NCBI GenBank assembly: GCA_965235115.1
Contig: OZ249441.1
Location: forward strand, 11,470,001-11,534,000
Source: Laetmonice hystrix
Taxonomy: Eukaryota
Length of the DNA stretch: 64,000 nucleotides
Direction: 5' to 3'
The position numbers and the translations under genes are program-made. Below the pieces are notes generated by a model that saw nothing but the letters and a program-made list of their open reading frames with translations, searched no databases and had not been told where the DNA came from. Below, piece after piece: positions 13,001-25,753 of the stretch (position 1 is its first letter; every line of letters begins with the position of its first letter).

Positions 13001-13271
13001 CTAAAACACAGGCAAGATGAAGGGAGCTAATATAGAAAACGGACGCCCCTAAAACACAGGCAAGATGAAGGGAGCTAATATAGCAAACGGACGCCCCTAA
13101 AATACAAGCAAGATGAAGGGAGCTCATATAGAAAACGGACGCCCCTAAAACACAGGCAAGATGAAGGGAGCTAATATAGAAAACGGACGCCCCTAAAACA
13201 CAGTCAAGATGAAGGGAGCTAATATAGAAAACGGACGCCCCTAAAACACAGGCAAGATGAAGGGAGCTAAT
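12985..13271. repeat. Tandem repeat, 48-bp unit x6, containing the exon 5 splice acceptor
   Basis: The t of cccctaaaa recurs at 13002, 13050, 13098, 13146, 13194 and 13242; the first unit overlaps 16 nt of the exon. Confidence 0.97.
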
Positions 13272-16200
13272 GGCGAGTATGTGGGCTGACCTCAGTAAAC
13301 TTGCTACCCGAGGTCAGATACAAAACGTATCACTCATACGGTGGGTTCAACGTTTCCACCGCAACATCTGGCAGCCCTAAGAAAGGACTGGTGCCTCTTC
13401 GTTGTGGTAAACAACGTCAGAATTCATGTCAATTAACAGAACAAACATTATCATGATTTACGTTTCGAAAGGAGCCATTTAAGTAACCCGCAGATGTCTT
13501 GTGTGAGTTCATGACTAAAGGTGTGAGTGTTTATGTGAGTGTGAGTGAATGTCGGGGCCGTGCGTGCGGATCCAAAATATCGGTCTCTGACAATAATTCT
13601 GAATTCAAGTTGGGGATATCAGCAGAGAATACTGCCCTGTCACCCTTCATTTCATTCCTATCCCCTTCTCTGAATCTGTAACACTGAGCCATCGTCAAGC
13701 AAAACATGATTTCACGACTACCCTGGAGGTAAAACTGTCCACGACTGACCAGTACATCACGACCTCAGTCGCACCTTGAGATGTGATTCATGACTTTGTT
13801 GAACCTAAAGACCTAGCTAGTCGGTACACACTACAGCAGGCGGGGATCACGCATCCCTACCAAACACTGAAGCAGGTTAGTCGCCTGGTTGTGTACAAGG
13901 CTTTATTACAACACTACATTGCTTCTATTTGTAAATTTCTAGGACTAAACTGAAACTATTCTCGACGACCAGTTCTAAACAATGCGGTGCAATAGCCTAT
14001 GTCAAAAATTGGATTGATCATCATGGATTCACTGTGAATATATTTAATTATTCACAAAAAAACGCACAAAATATGTATATTCCCTACTAGGGCGTCCTAT
14101 TCATGTCATTATTATGTTGCATTTTACTATAGGGAAAAGGGCCAAGTAATTCCACTGTGATACCCAACGAGTGATATCCACTATCTGCGAATTAATTTGT
14201 GCTGGTCAGGATATATCGTTAGCAAATTTCCTAATCTCTACATCTAACAAGTTACGAAATGGGCATAAGTTTGGAATAAGGTACTACTACACTTAATTGT
14301 ATTAGTTCCAGTCAAAAACAAATAAACTTATTTAAGTTACAACTACAGTTGTACTTGTAATTTCCTTTGCTATGATTTTGGTGCTGTTACCTTGATCTTT
14401 TTAACAGCCGCAAAAAAAGAAAGAGAACTTTTTAACAAAACCGTTTGAATTTTTTTTAGACGACATATTTTTCGCCCTTTCCTTCTAAAGTAGAACTGTG
14501 ACCCCCCCTCCATTTTCCCCCTCTAAACAAATTTACATTGAGGGAGGGAAATTAGAGAAAAGAGATAAACACACTGATACGTGCAAACGTAATGAAATCA
14601 AGAAACAGATTAAAGGACACCGTGCTTTTAGTAAACATTAATATTCATTATAAAGTTAAAACAACACGTATAAAAAAATCTGGAATACTTTTACAGCTTT
14701 GTAAAGGCATACATTTACGCTACGATTGTCGCATGTTTTTAATTACGCTATTCATGGATGATGCGTACCCCTAATTGATACAACTCTGTGACCTATTTTG
14801 AGTACTAGCAACTGCTGGCCCATGTGTAACGTTTCTAGCAGGTGCTAGTTAATTCTAATCAGAGGAGCTTCTACCAAATTACAAGCCACACCGTACGGAT
14901 AGCTTACTCTGATATAGGTCCTGTCTCAGGTTTAAATCATGTATAGGCCTAGCTTCCTGTGTTTGTCAGGCTCGGGGACGGCATAAATAGGACAGCAAAT
15001 GAACAATACCGGGCTTTTGTCATAATACATGGCCGAAACCTATTGCCGATAACATTGTTGATTGCTTCACGATATTTTAAGCTTTCTTTCTCTTTCTGTC
15101 GGGTTCTAAGAGGTATACACTATAAATGTCGTCAGTTCATTAGTCAATGCCGGTAATAATCTATTTACACCAGACTTCAGCGTCTTTCCTCCACCGTACA
15201 CCTCAGTTTACAGGAGAAACAGGAAAAGCAGAACTGCAAATACATAGAGATAATTCCTCTCCTACGTATTCTAGAGAAACACCCTTGTAAGAAGACTATG
15301 GAAATGTTTAAACAATGAGGATCAAGTAAATACCAAAGACTCCTAGTCAGAATGTCCATGTCAGTAATCTAATCTATCAGAAAAAGTCAGATATTTTGGT
15401 CAATTTTTATGTCAGTAATACCGATAAAGATCAGTGACATACAAACGTTTGGGATTTTGGTGGATCCTTAGCATGTGACAAACGCTTGCAATACAACCAG
15501 TTCAGAGTGTAGGTTTGTCTTATTTAAATATTCGCTTATCCTCATCTTGATTCCTCTGCACCCTACATTATATCAAGATTATAATGACCGCCTGTTTCCC
15601 TCCAAATTCCATCACATTATCTGTTCCGGGAGTAATTACAAACATGCAATATGAACTGCTTGCGCAAAGATGGTCTCACGCCTTTACCTTATCTGGTCCG
15701 ACCTAGCACGGGAAAGTGGTCATTAAATTTATACCGATAGAATACATCAATATGTCAACGGTATCAATGACGCTCTTCATATCTGAGGATAAAATAATCT
15801 GGTATTGACTGCCGGGACCTTTCTTTACCTCCACCCTAAACATTACAAGTAGTATAGTGTTACATCCCACAATATTATTATCTCTGAGAGAAATAGTGAT
15901 AATATCAGCTTGAAACTACCGGCAACACGGCACTGAGTGATGAGACCAGGATTAGGGAGGTGTGTGCGATCTGACAGGATGTAACATAAAAAAAATTATC
16001 AAAAATAAAATGAAAAAAACGATGAAGCATATGAGAATAAATTTTAGAAAATTAATAAAGGTATTCGTAATTATAAAGTGTATATAAACGAGTTGTATGC
16101 ATTCTGTATCCCTCCGTGTGCATAACGGGTTGTGTGCCTAGTCACGTGCGTTTATTTTTATTGGAATGGGTTTCTTTGCTCCCTCCCTCGGGCGGAGGGT

Positions 16201-16609
16201 ATACTCCCTCCCTCGGGCGGAGGGTATTCCTTGCGAGGGGGGGGGGGGGGGGGGGCTCTCCATAAAAGTGGTAAAGAAAGTGGTTTCTATTTGGATGACC
16301 AAGTAACACATGTTTCAAGTAACACATGTTTAATACCTAGCTTCACAAGACTGAAACTATGCTCTAACGCTCAATTATTTATAGAAGGCATCACTCCTAT
16401 GGTCTTATGTAATGGTCAAGGATATTCGTTTCTGATAGAAATCCTTTTGATGTAGCAACGCCTGAAAAATACCGGGCATCCCACTGCGCCGCCTCTATAT
16501 AAATTAAAGAATTGTGAAATATTTAATAATGAACGTTATTGCTGATATCAGTGGTGTCTGGGATCCTGTCACACACATACAAACAGACAATACTAAACGT
16601 TGGACCTAC

Positions 16610-16688
16610 CTAATTGCAGATGTTGCGAAGACTTGGCCATTGGAGCCGACAGCCAAAACAACAATTGAGGCTACCACAACTATTAGAT
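16610..16688 (-). CDS. KCNQ1: KCNQ1 exon 4-equivalent (S3, S3-S4 loop)
   Basis: cag|AT CTA ATA...GCA ATT AG|gtaggt; (D)LIVVVASIVVLAVGSNGQVFATSAI(R); 79 nt; phases match both neighbours. Confidence 0.96.
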
Positions 16689-17004
16689 CTGGAAGGGGAA
16701 AACTCCAGTATCAGTGGTCTGAAGGGTTTAACATTTCCAATGATAGCAATACATCACTTACTATAGAGTACTAACTATTGATATCACTGAGGTTCACACA
16801 TTTAGGCCTATACTAAACCATCTTGTTACCTCTATCTGTACTTCATTTATCTAACTGACTCACTTCTATACCAATGAGTTACTGACTACATGTACTAGTA
16901 TTATAAAATTATCAAATGTCCTTTGTCGAATACGCTATTTTAAAATCTGCCAGTTTGTAGTTATAGCTCTGTTAACAGTTCAATATCCAAATTCAAAAAC
17001 TTAC

Positions 17005-17131
17005 CTATAATAGAAATAGGTTTACGTGCAAATTTAAACCGCCCTCGGACGCCCATATATTTACTTCTGCAGCCTACCGACCATATCCGGATTAAGTATT
17101 CAAGGCCAAAGAAAACTATTAAGACTATTTC
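17005..17131 (-). CDS. KCNQ1: KCNQ1 exon 3-equivalent (S2, S2-S3 loop)
   Basis: cag|GAA ATA...ATT ATA G|gtaagt; [42 protein letters not shown]; 127 nt; lies within ORF 16961..17239. Confidence 0.97.
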
Positions 17132-17468
17132 CTGAAATAGGCAAACAAAGAAACATATCATACTATATCTGTAAAACGGTGCCATACTCGATTCGTCTGA
17201 CAGTCGACTCGGCGTCTGACAACAGACCCCTAGTGTCACTCACGACTCCAGGGGGCGCCACACAGTCTGCCCAGATGGCAGCACTGCTGACAGAGGACCC
17301 CGCCAGGCGTCATTGTTAGGGATCAACATTCAGTTTGTCAAGTCTGACGTGTGTACTAGCTCACTCAGTATGGCAAAATAATACACGAATGTCTTTAGGA
17401 AAGGAACAATCTTTAAAATGTACAACCAATGACATGTCGGCCCTACAATGATATTAGGCATTACTTAC

Positions 17469-17559
17469 CATCCAAAATAGGGTCTCGTTAGCAAAGTTCG
17501 AGTATTGATCTATTGTTGACAAGACACTGAAGATCAGACATATTAGCACCATCATGAAC
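17469..17559 (-). CDS. KCNQ1: KCNQ1-type K+ channel, exon equivalent to human exon 2 (S1 and S1-S2 loop)
   Basis: Minus strand cag|G TTC ATG...TGG ATG|gtaagt; translates [30 protein letters not shown]; 91 nt. Not in the ORF track; found by reading. Confidence 0.95.
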
Positions 17560-18060
17560 CTGCAATCAGACAAATGAGAGCGTAGTATAAGTGAGGTGTT
17601 CTAATGATATGCTTTCAGACAAGTGTACCAGATATGATATTATTACTATCTAAGCAGTACATACAATTATTACAGCCCATATAAAGATAACAATAAGATT
17701 TGTCGCTATGGTACCGTCTGTACCATCATGAACCTGCAATCAGACCAATGAGAGCGTAGTATAAGTAAGGTGTTCCAATGATATGCTTTCAGACAAGTGT
17801 ACCAGATATGATATTATTACTATCTAAGCAGTACATACAATTATTACAGCCCATATAAAGATAACAATAAGATTTGTCGCTATGGTACCGTCTGTACCAT
17901 CATGAACCTGCAATCAGACCAATGAGAGCGTAGTATAAGTAAGGTGTTCCAATGATATGCTTTCAGACAAGTGTACCAGATATGATATTATTACTATCTA
18001 AGCAGTACATACAATTATTACAGCCCATATAAAGATAACAATAAGATTTGTCGCTATGGT
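17548..18060. repeat. Tandem repeat, 174-bp unit x3, containing the exon 2 splice acceptor
   Basis: accatcatgaacctgcaatcagac starts at 17548, 17722 and 17896; the first unit overlaps 12 nt of the exon. Confidence 0.96.
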
Positions 18061-21000
18061 AGGGCCTACCGTCTGTATCCAGTAATCATCAACATACGAC
18101 CTCCCCATTTTCGTTTACCCTTCCCCTCCCCAGGACATAATATGGAGGTACATGACCAGGCCGAATAAATAGTAGGCCTACTTATTGGGTCCTGGCCTCT
18201 TATAACAGTAGGAGAGTAAGAGGTCATTCAGTGCTCTGTTATATAGACGGTCCCCTTTCGTTGGGAGAGAGTGTGGAGGTGCTTTACATCACCAACTCTG
18301 AGGTGATTTAGTTACACCACAATCTATGGTAGGTACACTGATGTAGGTACGATCGCTGTCTGAACGATAATAAACCATCCCTCTTACTGGACTTTATGTT
18401 CTACCATCACTCTCTGTAACAATACACTGACTATTCATGTGTACTCTCACTGCACACTCATATACACTAGCTGTCTTAGTAATTGTTTAATGGTACATCA
18501 GTGCTTTCATTGCAAAAAGATCATTGGTTACTGTAGGCCAATCTGGGTTTGATTTTTCATTAGACACAAGTTAGTGACGACCCAGTAAACTGTACTTAAT
18601 AACCCAGGTGTTTCTGAGAAAACTCCCCATGCCTCGCCAGCCGGGTATATTATTGACGTCACGGTTTAACGTGAAACAGTCTATGAACATTCTTAGAAAA
18701 CTTCACCTACAACCCAGCAGTAGACCTAGCTCAGCCTCCAGCTGGCCGTCCACGAGCAGAGCCTCACCGTGTCTGACATCTCAGTCACTCTTTCCAACCC
18801 TCGGGTTGTAAATCATGACATCAAACACTAGCACACCCTATTACAACAACCCGACTGCCGACCTGGCCACCCCTCCCCGTCTCCTGCCCGTCCCACGGCG
18901 GGGCGGGCCACCCCCACCCCACCCCCACCCCCACCCCACCCCACCCCCTGCATGCTGCTCCGTCATCCACATCATCACAGGAAGCTGCATCCATCCATCT
19001 CTCACCCCCACCCCCTCCCCATGGACCCGGTCTGCATTCCCCTCCCCACCCACCACGTCTAAATCGGGACCCTCCGTTCTATTTCTGGCCACCCCTCATT
19101 ATGTCTGCCTACTGAAGATAAGGGTTCCTAGGCTATTTTTAACCTGATGTGCTATAAAAAGTTTGGGAGGAACATCTCCATGACCCACATACGTCCAGAT
19201 GTGACCCAGGCTGGCCAACATTTCCGCATGACCCAGACCTACACCCCCAACAACCTCGGGCCTTCTACCCGATGCCAAATCTCACCTGGACATCGCAAAG
19301 TACTGCTTCCTTCACACAGCCGTTACAACGTGAAAGGGGGAAATTATGGCATTAACCAGGCCAATCGTTGGGTTGAATGCATTCACCAGTGTGTACGGCT
19401 GCACGAATGGCATTTATTGGTAGTTCAGGGGAGTTTAGACATCCTGTGCGGAATTTATAGCAAGTTATACTAGCTGCGAAATTTTACAGGTCCATTGAGC
19501 ACTCCACAGAACCAGAACTTGATGCATAGAGAATTTACTTGGAGCAAACACATACTACCGGTACTACCTAACCACAAATGTTTCGCTGCCGGAAAAACTC
19601 CATCAGGCAAGTTACTCGTAGAGATCCCCTCCCCCCGAATTGGCAAACTCTAGTCAGCCTAATAAATACTTATCTCACCTAGCATATCATTACCTTCATT
19701 ATTACAAACATGGTAGTGTGTCTCAATCACTGCCTAATTAATAATTAGTAACGAATTTCTGATGGAGCATTAAAAAGGTTAGAGCAATCGTACATGATAT
19801 TAAAATATATCACGTCAATTGTGTCCATTACGCATCATTTCTGCAATCAACCACGATCGAATTGTTCACTAAATGAACATCTCGAATTTCTTTAACTTAC
19901 TGACGTGATTGCACGGTGGACAGGACGTAATTTTGATTTCTCTGTTAAATAAGCTTGCTAAACTCTGTAGACGTTTCCATACAAACTGGGCAGGACCACA
20001 CACCTGTCACTTGGAGCTTACGAGCAAGCCATTGGTAAATATAATTAGCATGAAATTGATTTCATTTCATTCATTCATTCAATTCAATTCCATTCCATTT
20101 CCTTTCATTCATTCATCAAATCCAAGCAACGTGACACTGACTTAAGTTGGAGACCGGAAATTGGCTCCTGCCTAACTTGGTTTGCGTGCGGCGCTGTCGG
20201 GAACCGGAAGTATCAGTACAGAGATGTGCATTTCGATGTTATGTCTCAATAATAGAATTATGTTGTAATAATAATGTCATAAAATTGTTGTTGGCAGCTC
20301 GATCTAACCAGATAGGTCACAACCTCCACGGGGCATGTGTTTTCCTCCTCTGTCAACCCATTTCAAACAGTCTGTCAAATGAGAAACAACCCACACTGAG
20401 GACTTTACAGATGGATCAGGCCAACAAACCGGAATGACCGTTTTCTAACCAATTGCTCTCACTCCCACGCAGTTCAGTTTTCAGAGCTCTCACCCCCGTT
20501 TTCTCACTTCTTCTCTCTCGGCACCACTATTGATGCAGGACATGATTTATTATGCACTCGTCTGACCTCGATGACCTTAATGCACGGGACAGGTCAGGTT
20601 TCCGGCAGTATTTCTCCATTCGCCACAGGAATGATTTATGGTGAAGGAAATTCTGTCATTTACTAAACGAAACACGACCAACACTGTCGCGTGTCTGGGT
20701 AGTCTGTTGATAATGTCATTTTAACCTCCTCTCCTCTGTCTCGGTGCTGGCTTTGTTCCAGCCACATATGTACCGACACTTTTTCCTCCCATTCAGCTTG
20801 GAATAAATACTAAATATATCCCACGGCATAGTCATTTTTCACCATGCAACCAGCTGAGTACCCATTGAGTGGTTTCAGCTGGTGTCGTACGAAACCTCTT
20901 GACGGCTTACACGTTCCCATTCATGCACTGTAACCTATAATGTACGATCTGTGCGGGAAAAGTTACAGATCTCCCGTGTGGGCAGACGTCTACAGGACAA

Positions 21001-22578
21001 AACACGAAACGCAACGACATTATTCCAGAAAGCAAAACATCTCGTTTCGTTTTCGGTGGTGATAGCGGTTTTCCGTGCTCTTGCCGTGGTGGTTTTCCAA
21101 ATTATATCTCTGATGAGAAACGACCTGACTCAGACTGAAACTAATTTCCCTGATGCTGCGGCGTGGTTGGGTAATTTGAGAGTGACCAATTAGACAATCA
21201 TGATTAACCATTGTTGAACGACGATCCCGTTTACCTTGGAATCCTGTGAGAAACATACACTGAGCTCTGCTTTTCCTCGGGGAAATATTTCCTGTGAAAC
21301 TAAAGGATGCCGTGGTAAATCGCAACGTTTACAGCCGAGGACTCCAGGCGTACTTTACCGACACCGAAGCGAGTGTTCAAAACATCCAACTGTAAAAGGT
21401 GCCAAGGTGGTTGACTTGTTGATAATTGTGTATAGTTTCACTGCTGTACACAGACAACGAAAACGGTTGGCGAAGAAAAGCAATGCAACTCCTTCTATTC
21501 CACCTCTGTTAAACATAATAAAAACTCGTTTGTGATGACAACATCACTTGGAGTGATAAAATTCTCACTAAGAATGGATTGGGTAAAATCCAACTCCTCG
21601 CAATCCAACTGATGAACTGCTGTGAAAAGTATGAGGACATATAACTGCAATACGTCATGTGTACTGCAGAGATAACCAAAATATACACCGATCTATCATG
21701 GCATGACAAAGCCTGGCTCTCGAGTTACATAGATATCTACCAACCTGTAGGTCGGCGAAAGGCAGGGAAATAATCAACTGGAAAGGGTCATCATTTACAC
21801 TGGTTTTTGAATCGGTTTCTATAGCTTATTACAATTTGGATGTGAAAAGCTCGTGAAAAATATTCCCATCTTCTACCAAGGCCATCATGCCACTTGTATA
21901 ATTGTCTACCTGGTCCCATGATGTCCCACATGGGCGACATCATTACTGAAGGTGTCGTGGGTGTACATAACAGGGGTAGGTATGTGTGACCGCCACAATA
22001 TATTTGCTAACTTCATGACATCATTACGGTAGACATATCTTATGTGGGCTCGCCCACCCACCCACCCATGGTGGCCCGTATGAGGGCCATTAAGTAAGCG
22101 ATCTCAGTACAACTCAAAAGGTCACACTCTAACAAGATGGCTGGTAATGGTAGCTGAATAACTACTTCTGACTGCCGTAAAGATCCCCGGGGGAACCTTG
22201 CCGACGACCGCCACCAACCCATCCCATCTCACACAACTCGCGGGGTATGACCTCTGACCCACACCCTCTCCTACCATCCCCGGTCTCGCGCCCCTTCCTC
22301 ACCTACGCTGGGCCATAGTGTTGTAATGATGGCCTGTCATGCCTATAAACTTTGAGGCTGAAGTACCGGCAATAAGTAATTGTGAGATTAAAGCCACGCG
22401 CCTAAATCTATGGAATAAAGAAGTTTATTTGTATAGTCAGGTGGACTCTGTTCGTGCGCCTACTCCTCCTAAAGGTCGTTGTAATGGCCTGCACCCACAG
22501 CTGGGCAGCTATCTGTAACAATCCTTACGAAAGGTTCATTAAGAGACGGTGAACGAATCCTGATCATCAGTCATCAGA

Positions 22579-22723
22579 CAGTGAACACCCAGAATGAACA
22601 GTGAACACCCAGAATGAACAGTGAACACCCAGAATGAACAGTGAACACCCAGAATGAACAGTGAACACCCAGAATGAACAGTGAACACCCAGAATGAACA
22701 GTGAACACCCAGAATGAACAGTG
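22579..22723. repeat. Tandem repeat, 20-bp unit x7
   Basis: (cagtgaacacccagaatgaa)n, perfect copies. Confidence 0.95.
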
Positions 22724-23332
22724 TCCATCCTCTGCCATCAATCTGCCAATGTCACCACCATGGTGTGGTAATTACGCTCAATTATTGGCAGGCCATGTGG
22801 AACTAAATGGATTCACGTTCGTCCCTGGCTTTCCTGACGAGTCAGCGAAAGTCTCATGACAAAGTGGACAATATGGTATCTGTGAAACAACCTACAACTG
22901 GTACAATGGTATTAACAGTTGACTTGTATCTTGTGGGCGAGGGGGTGGATGGGTGGGGCGGGCCGTCTTATTGGAGGCCTTTTCCCTTCACACTTCCCTG
23001 TCCCTCAGATTTTGTTTTGGACACTTCCTTTTGGGCTAGTTAGGTACGTACACCAAGGAGAACTGGCTTTCGTTAATGATTGCCTAGAGTTATAGTCCGC
23101 CTACCTGTGTGATGGGAAAGTACACCTGAACACTGCGGCATGCATGCTAACTCACTAAGCCTGCTGGAGATACAATTTCATATCTCGATCCACTATAATA
23201 ACCAAGGAAGCGCAAGCTCTGGTCGCTTCCATCAGTTCATAACATAACCATTGTGACATAACAGATAATTCACGTGTCATCTCCTTCCCGAGGAAGTGTC
23301 ACATCCGCCTCTTTACATGTTTTGTTAGCGCC

Positions 23333-23669
23333 GCCACGGTTCCGGCCAGGAGCCACGGTTCCGACCAGCAGCCACGGTTCCGACCAGCAGCCACGGTTCC
23401 GACCAGCAGCCACGGTTCCGACCAGGAGACACGGTTCCGACCAGCAGTCAAGGTTCCGACCAGGAGCCACGGTTCCGACCAGCAGCCACGGTTCCGGCCA
23501 GCAGCCACGGTTCCGACCAGGAGACACGGTTCCGGCCAGGAGCCACGGTTCCGACCAGCAGCCACGGTTCCGACCAGCAGCCACGGTTCCGACCAGCAGC
23601 CACGGTTCCGACCAGCAGCCACGGTTCCGACCAGCAGCCACGGTTCCGACCAGGTGCCACGGTTCCGAC
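23333..23669. repeat. Tandem repeat, 19-bp unit, about 18 copies
   Basis: (gccacggttccgaccagca)n with variants; explains ORFs in 23270-23798. Confidence 0.95.
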
Positions 23670-25421
23670 AAGCATGATTACTCGGGACCCGCCCACATAT
23701 ATAACATGTACATGTGTGTCCATGGTTGGTCGGGGCAATGGCACGGTTTCCAGGAACCTAGCAACAGTGGGTCCAATGGCGAGCTGGTGGGTAATTAGTC
23801 CTGCTCCAGTCTACTCTAATAATTAAATCTATCAAATGAGCCGTTGCTAGGCAATGGATACTTGACCCGATTCGTAGTTCCACTCCGATCAATAAGAGCT
23901 TGAAAAGAAAGTATTATACATTTGGGATGAGTGCATTCTCCAAGTGTTTTTTGTTCTGTTCTACTGGTAAACCTTGCTGGGTTATTCCATGTTTGTCGAC
24001 TTCCTTACATATTAAAAACTCGTCATATACTGTCATTTTATTTTTATTTCTTTGAACAATACTTAATCTCCCTCCCATCGTGTAATGCCTCAGAAATTAT
24101 TTTTCTTTTGTTGTATCCAATGTACACCGACTACATTGCTTTGTTGAGTTGCTCGCCAGGTGTGTATGGGCCGTTAGTGATAGCTCTGTCCAAGGTGTCT
24201 GGTTACATGGAACCAGAACCTCACCCAACCCACCTTCATACACAACTTCTATAGGAACCATTATCAGCATTCATTGACCGTCGGTTACATTCAAACAAGA
24301 CAATCGGCCGTTATTTCCATACCTGCAGATCTATACTCTCTTCTGACGCTGTCATCTGTTTATTAACTTCTATAGGCCGCTTCTGCTCAGTTCAAACATC
24401 CCTTGACAGCAATACCTTTGTTGACATGATGATGCAGTCGAAAAAGTCGGCACTTCGTAAACTACTAAAGGTCGGTGTACCTTGTAGCGGGGAATATTTA
24501 AAGGAACTTGCGTCACAAACTAGTATCACTTCAGACAGTATGTATATGATTATAAAATCGCTAAACATATAGCACTATACTGCTGTACATCTTATTAATT
24601 AATCCCTTTCGATATCGTTTAATTTCCATCCGATTGTAACTGAGAGAAAATAACACCTTGTAAATCACAAAAGTAGTCTCAGAAGACGGGTTATTGTTTT
24701 TGCATTAAAAGAAGTCTAATTAATTCCTGCCGAAAGGTTCATGACGCTAAAAGCATTTCTTTTTCTCTGAGTGAAGGAGATTGTGTGACTCTGACCATTT
24801 CTTTTCCTCTGAGTGAAGATTGTGTGACTCTGACAGGGAAAGCACTCACTTTACCTATTTTTATGTAAAACGAAAATACAAGGTGAAGTGACATGACCGA
24901 ACATGATAGTCAGCGTTTTGTACAATTACAGTATCTGAAATAATTGTTATAGGATATCTTTATTACAATCTCATGTCTCTCAGCCTAATGACAATTATTA
25001 TAATCATTAAACGCTCATGTGCGTTTCTCTGGTTACATGGTTAATATTCTAAATGCAGTATGCTCTTTTACTGTATTCCACAATACTGTTACAGTCTAAC
25101 AACAGCTGGTGACAACGAGGTGCCTCAAGGCGGCAATTGAGAACTGAAGTGTCCCAAGCCCCAATCCGGCCGGTCCGGTGAGGACACGTACCCTATCTGA
25201 CCTTCACCAGTAGAGTGTCTGACCTTGTTTGGACCACCAGTTGTATTGACACCCTGTAGGAGTGCTGTGATCGAACTGACTGACCATGCTCCCATGGCTA
25301 ACACAACTGACATTCTATTGACACGTGTTCCAAACATTGCCGGATGCCAGCCTGACCAACGGCTCCTGAACCATGCTGGCCGGTGGGTGTTTTATAAATG
25401 ACGCCGAGAAACCGGTGCTCC

Positions 25422-25718
25422 CTGGTCGGAATGATCCTCTGGTCGGAACGATCCTCAGGTCGGAACGATCGTCAGGTCGGAACGAACCTCAGGTCGGAAC
25501 GAACCTCAGGTCGGAACGACCCTCAGGTCGGAACGACCCTCAGGTCGGAACGACCCTCAGGTCGGAACGATCCTCAGGTCGGAACGATCCTCAGGTCGGA
25601 ACGATCCTCAGGTCGGAACGATCCTCCAGTCGGAACGATTCTCAGGTCGAAACGATCCTCAGGTCGGAACGATCCTCAGGTCGGAATGACCCTCAGGTCG
25701 GAATGATCCTCAGGTCGG
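25422..25718. repeat. Tandem repeat, 17-bp unit, about 17 copies
   Basis: (ggtcggaacgatcctca)n. Confidence 0.95.
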
Positions 25719-25753
25719 GGAGTGAGGGAAATAACCCAGTTCTATAAGTATCT

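Noticed and set aside
9910-16131. Shared 13-mer tgcataacgggtt at about 9910 and 16119 as transposon ends
   Set aside because: Same orientation, no target-site duplication, and 13-mers recur by chance at this window size.
22825-22867. Hammerhead ribozyme (CTGACGA-g-tcag-c-GAAA-gtc-tcat-gac)
   Set aside because: Stem II is only 1 bp and the required U16.1-H17 cleavage site is missing.
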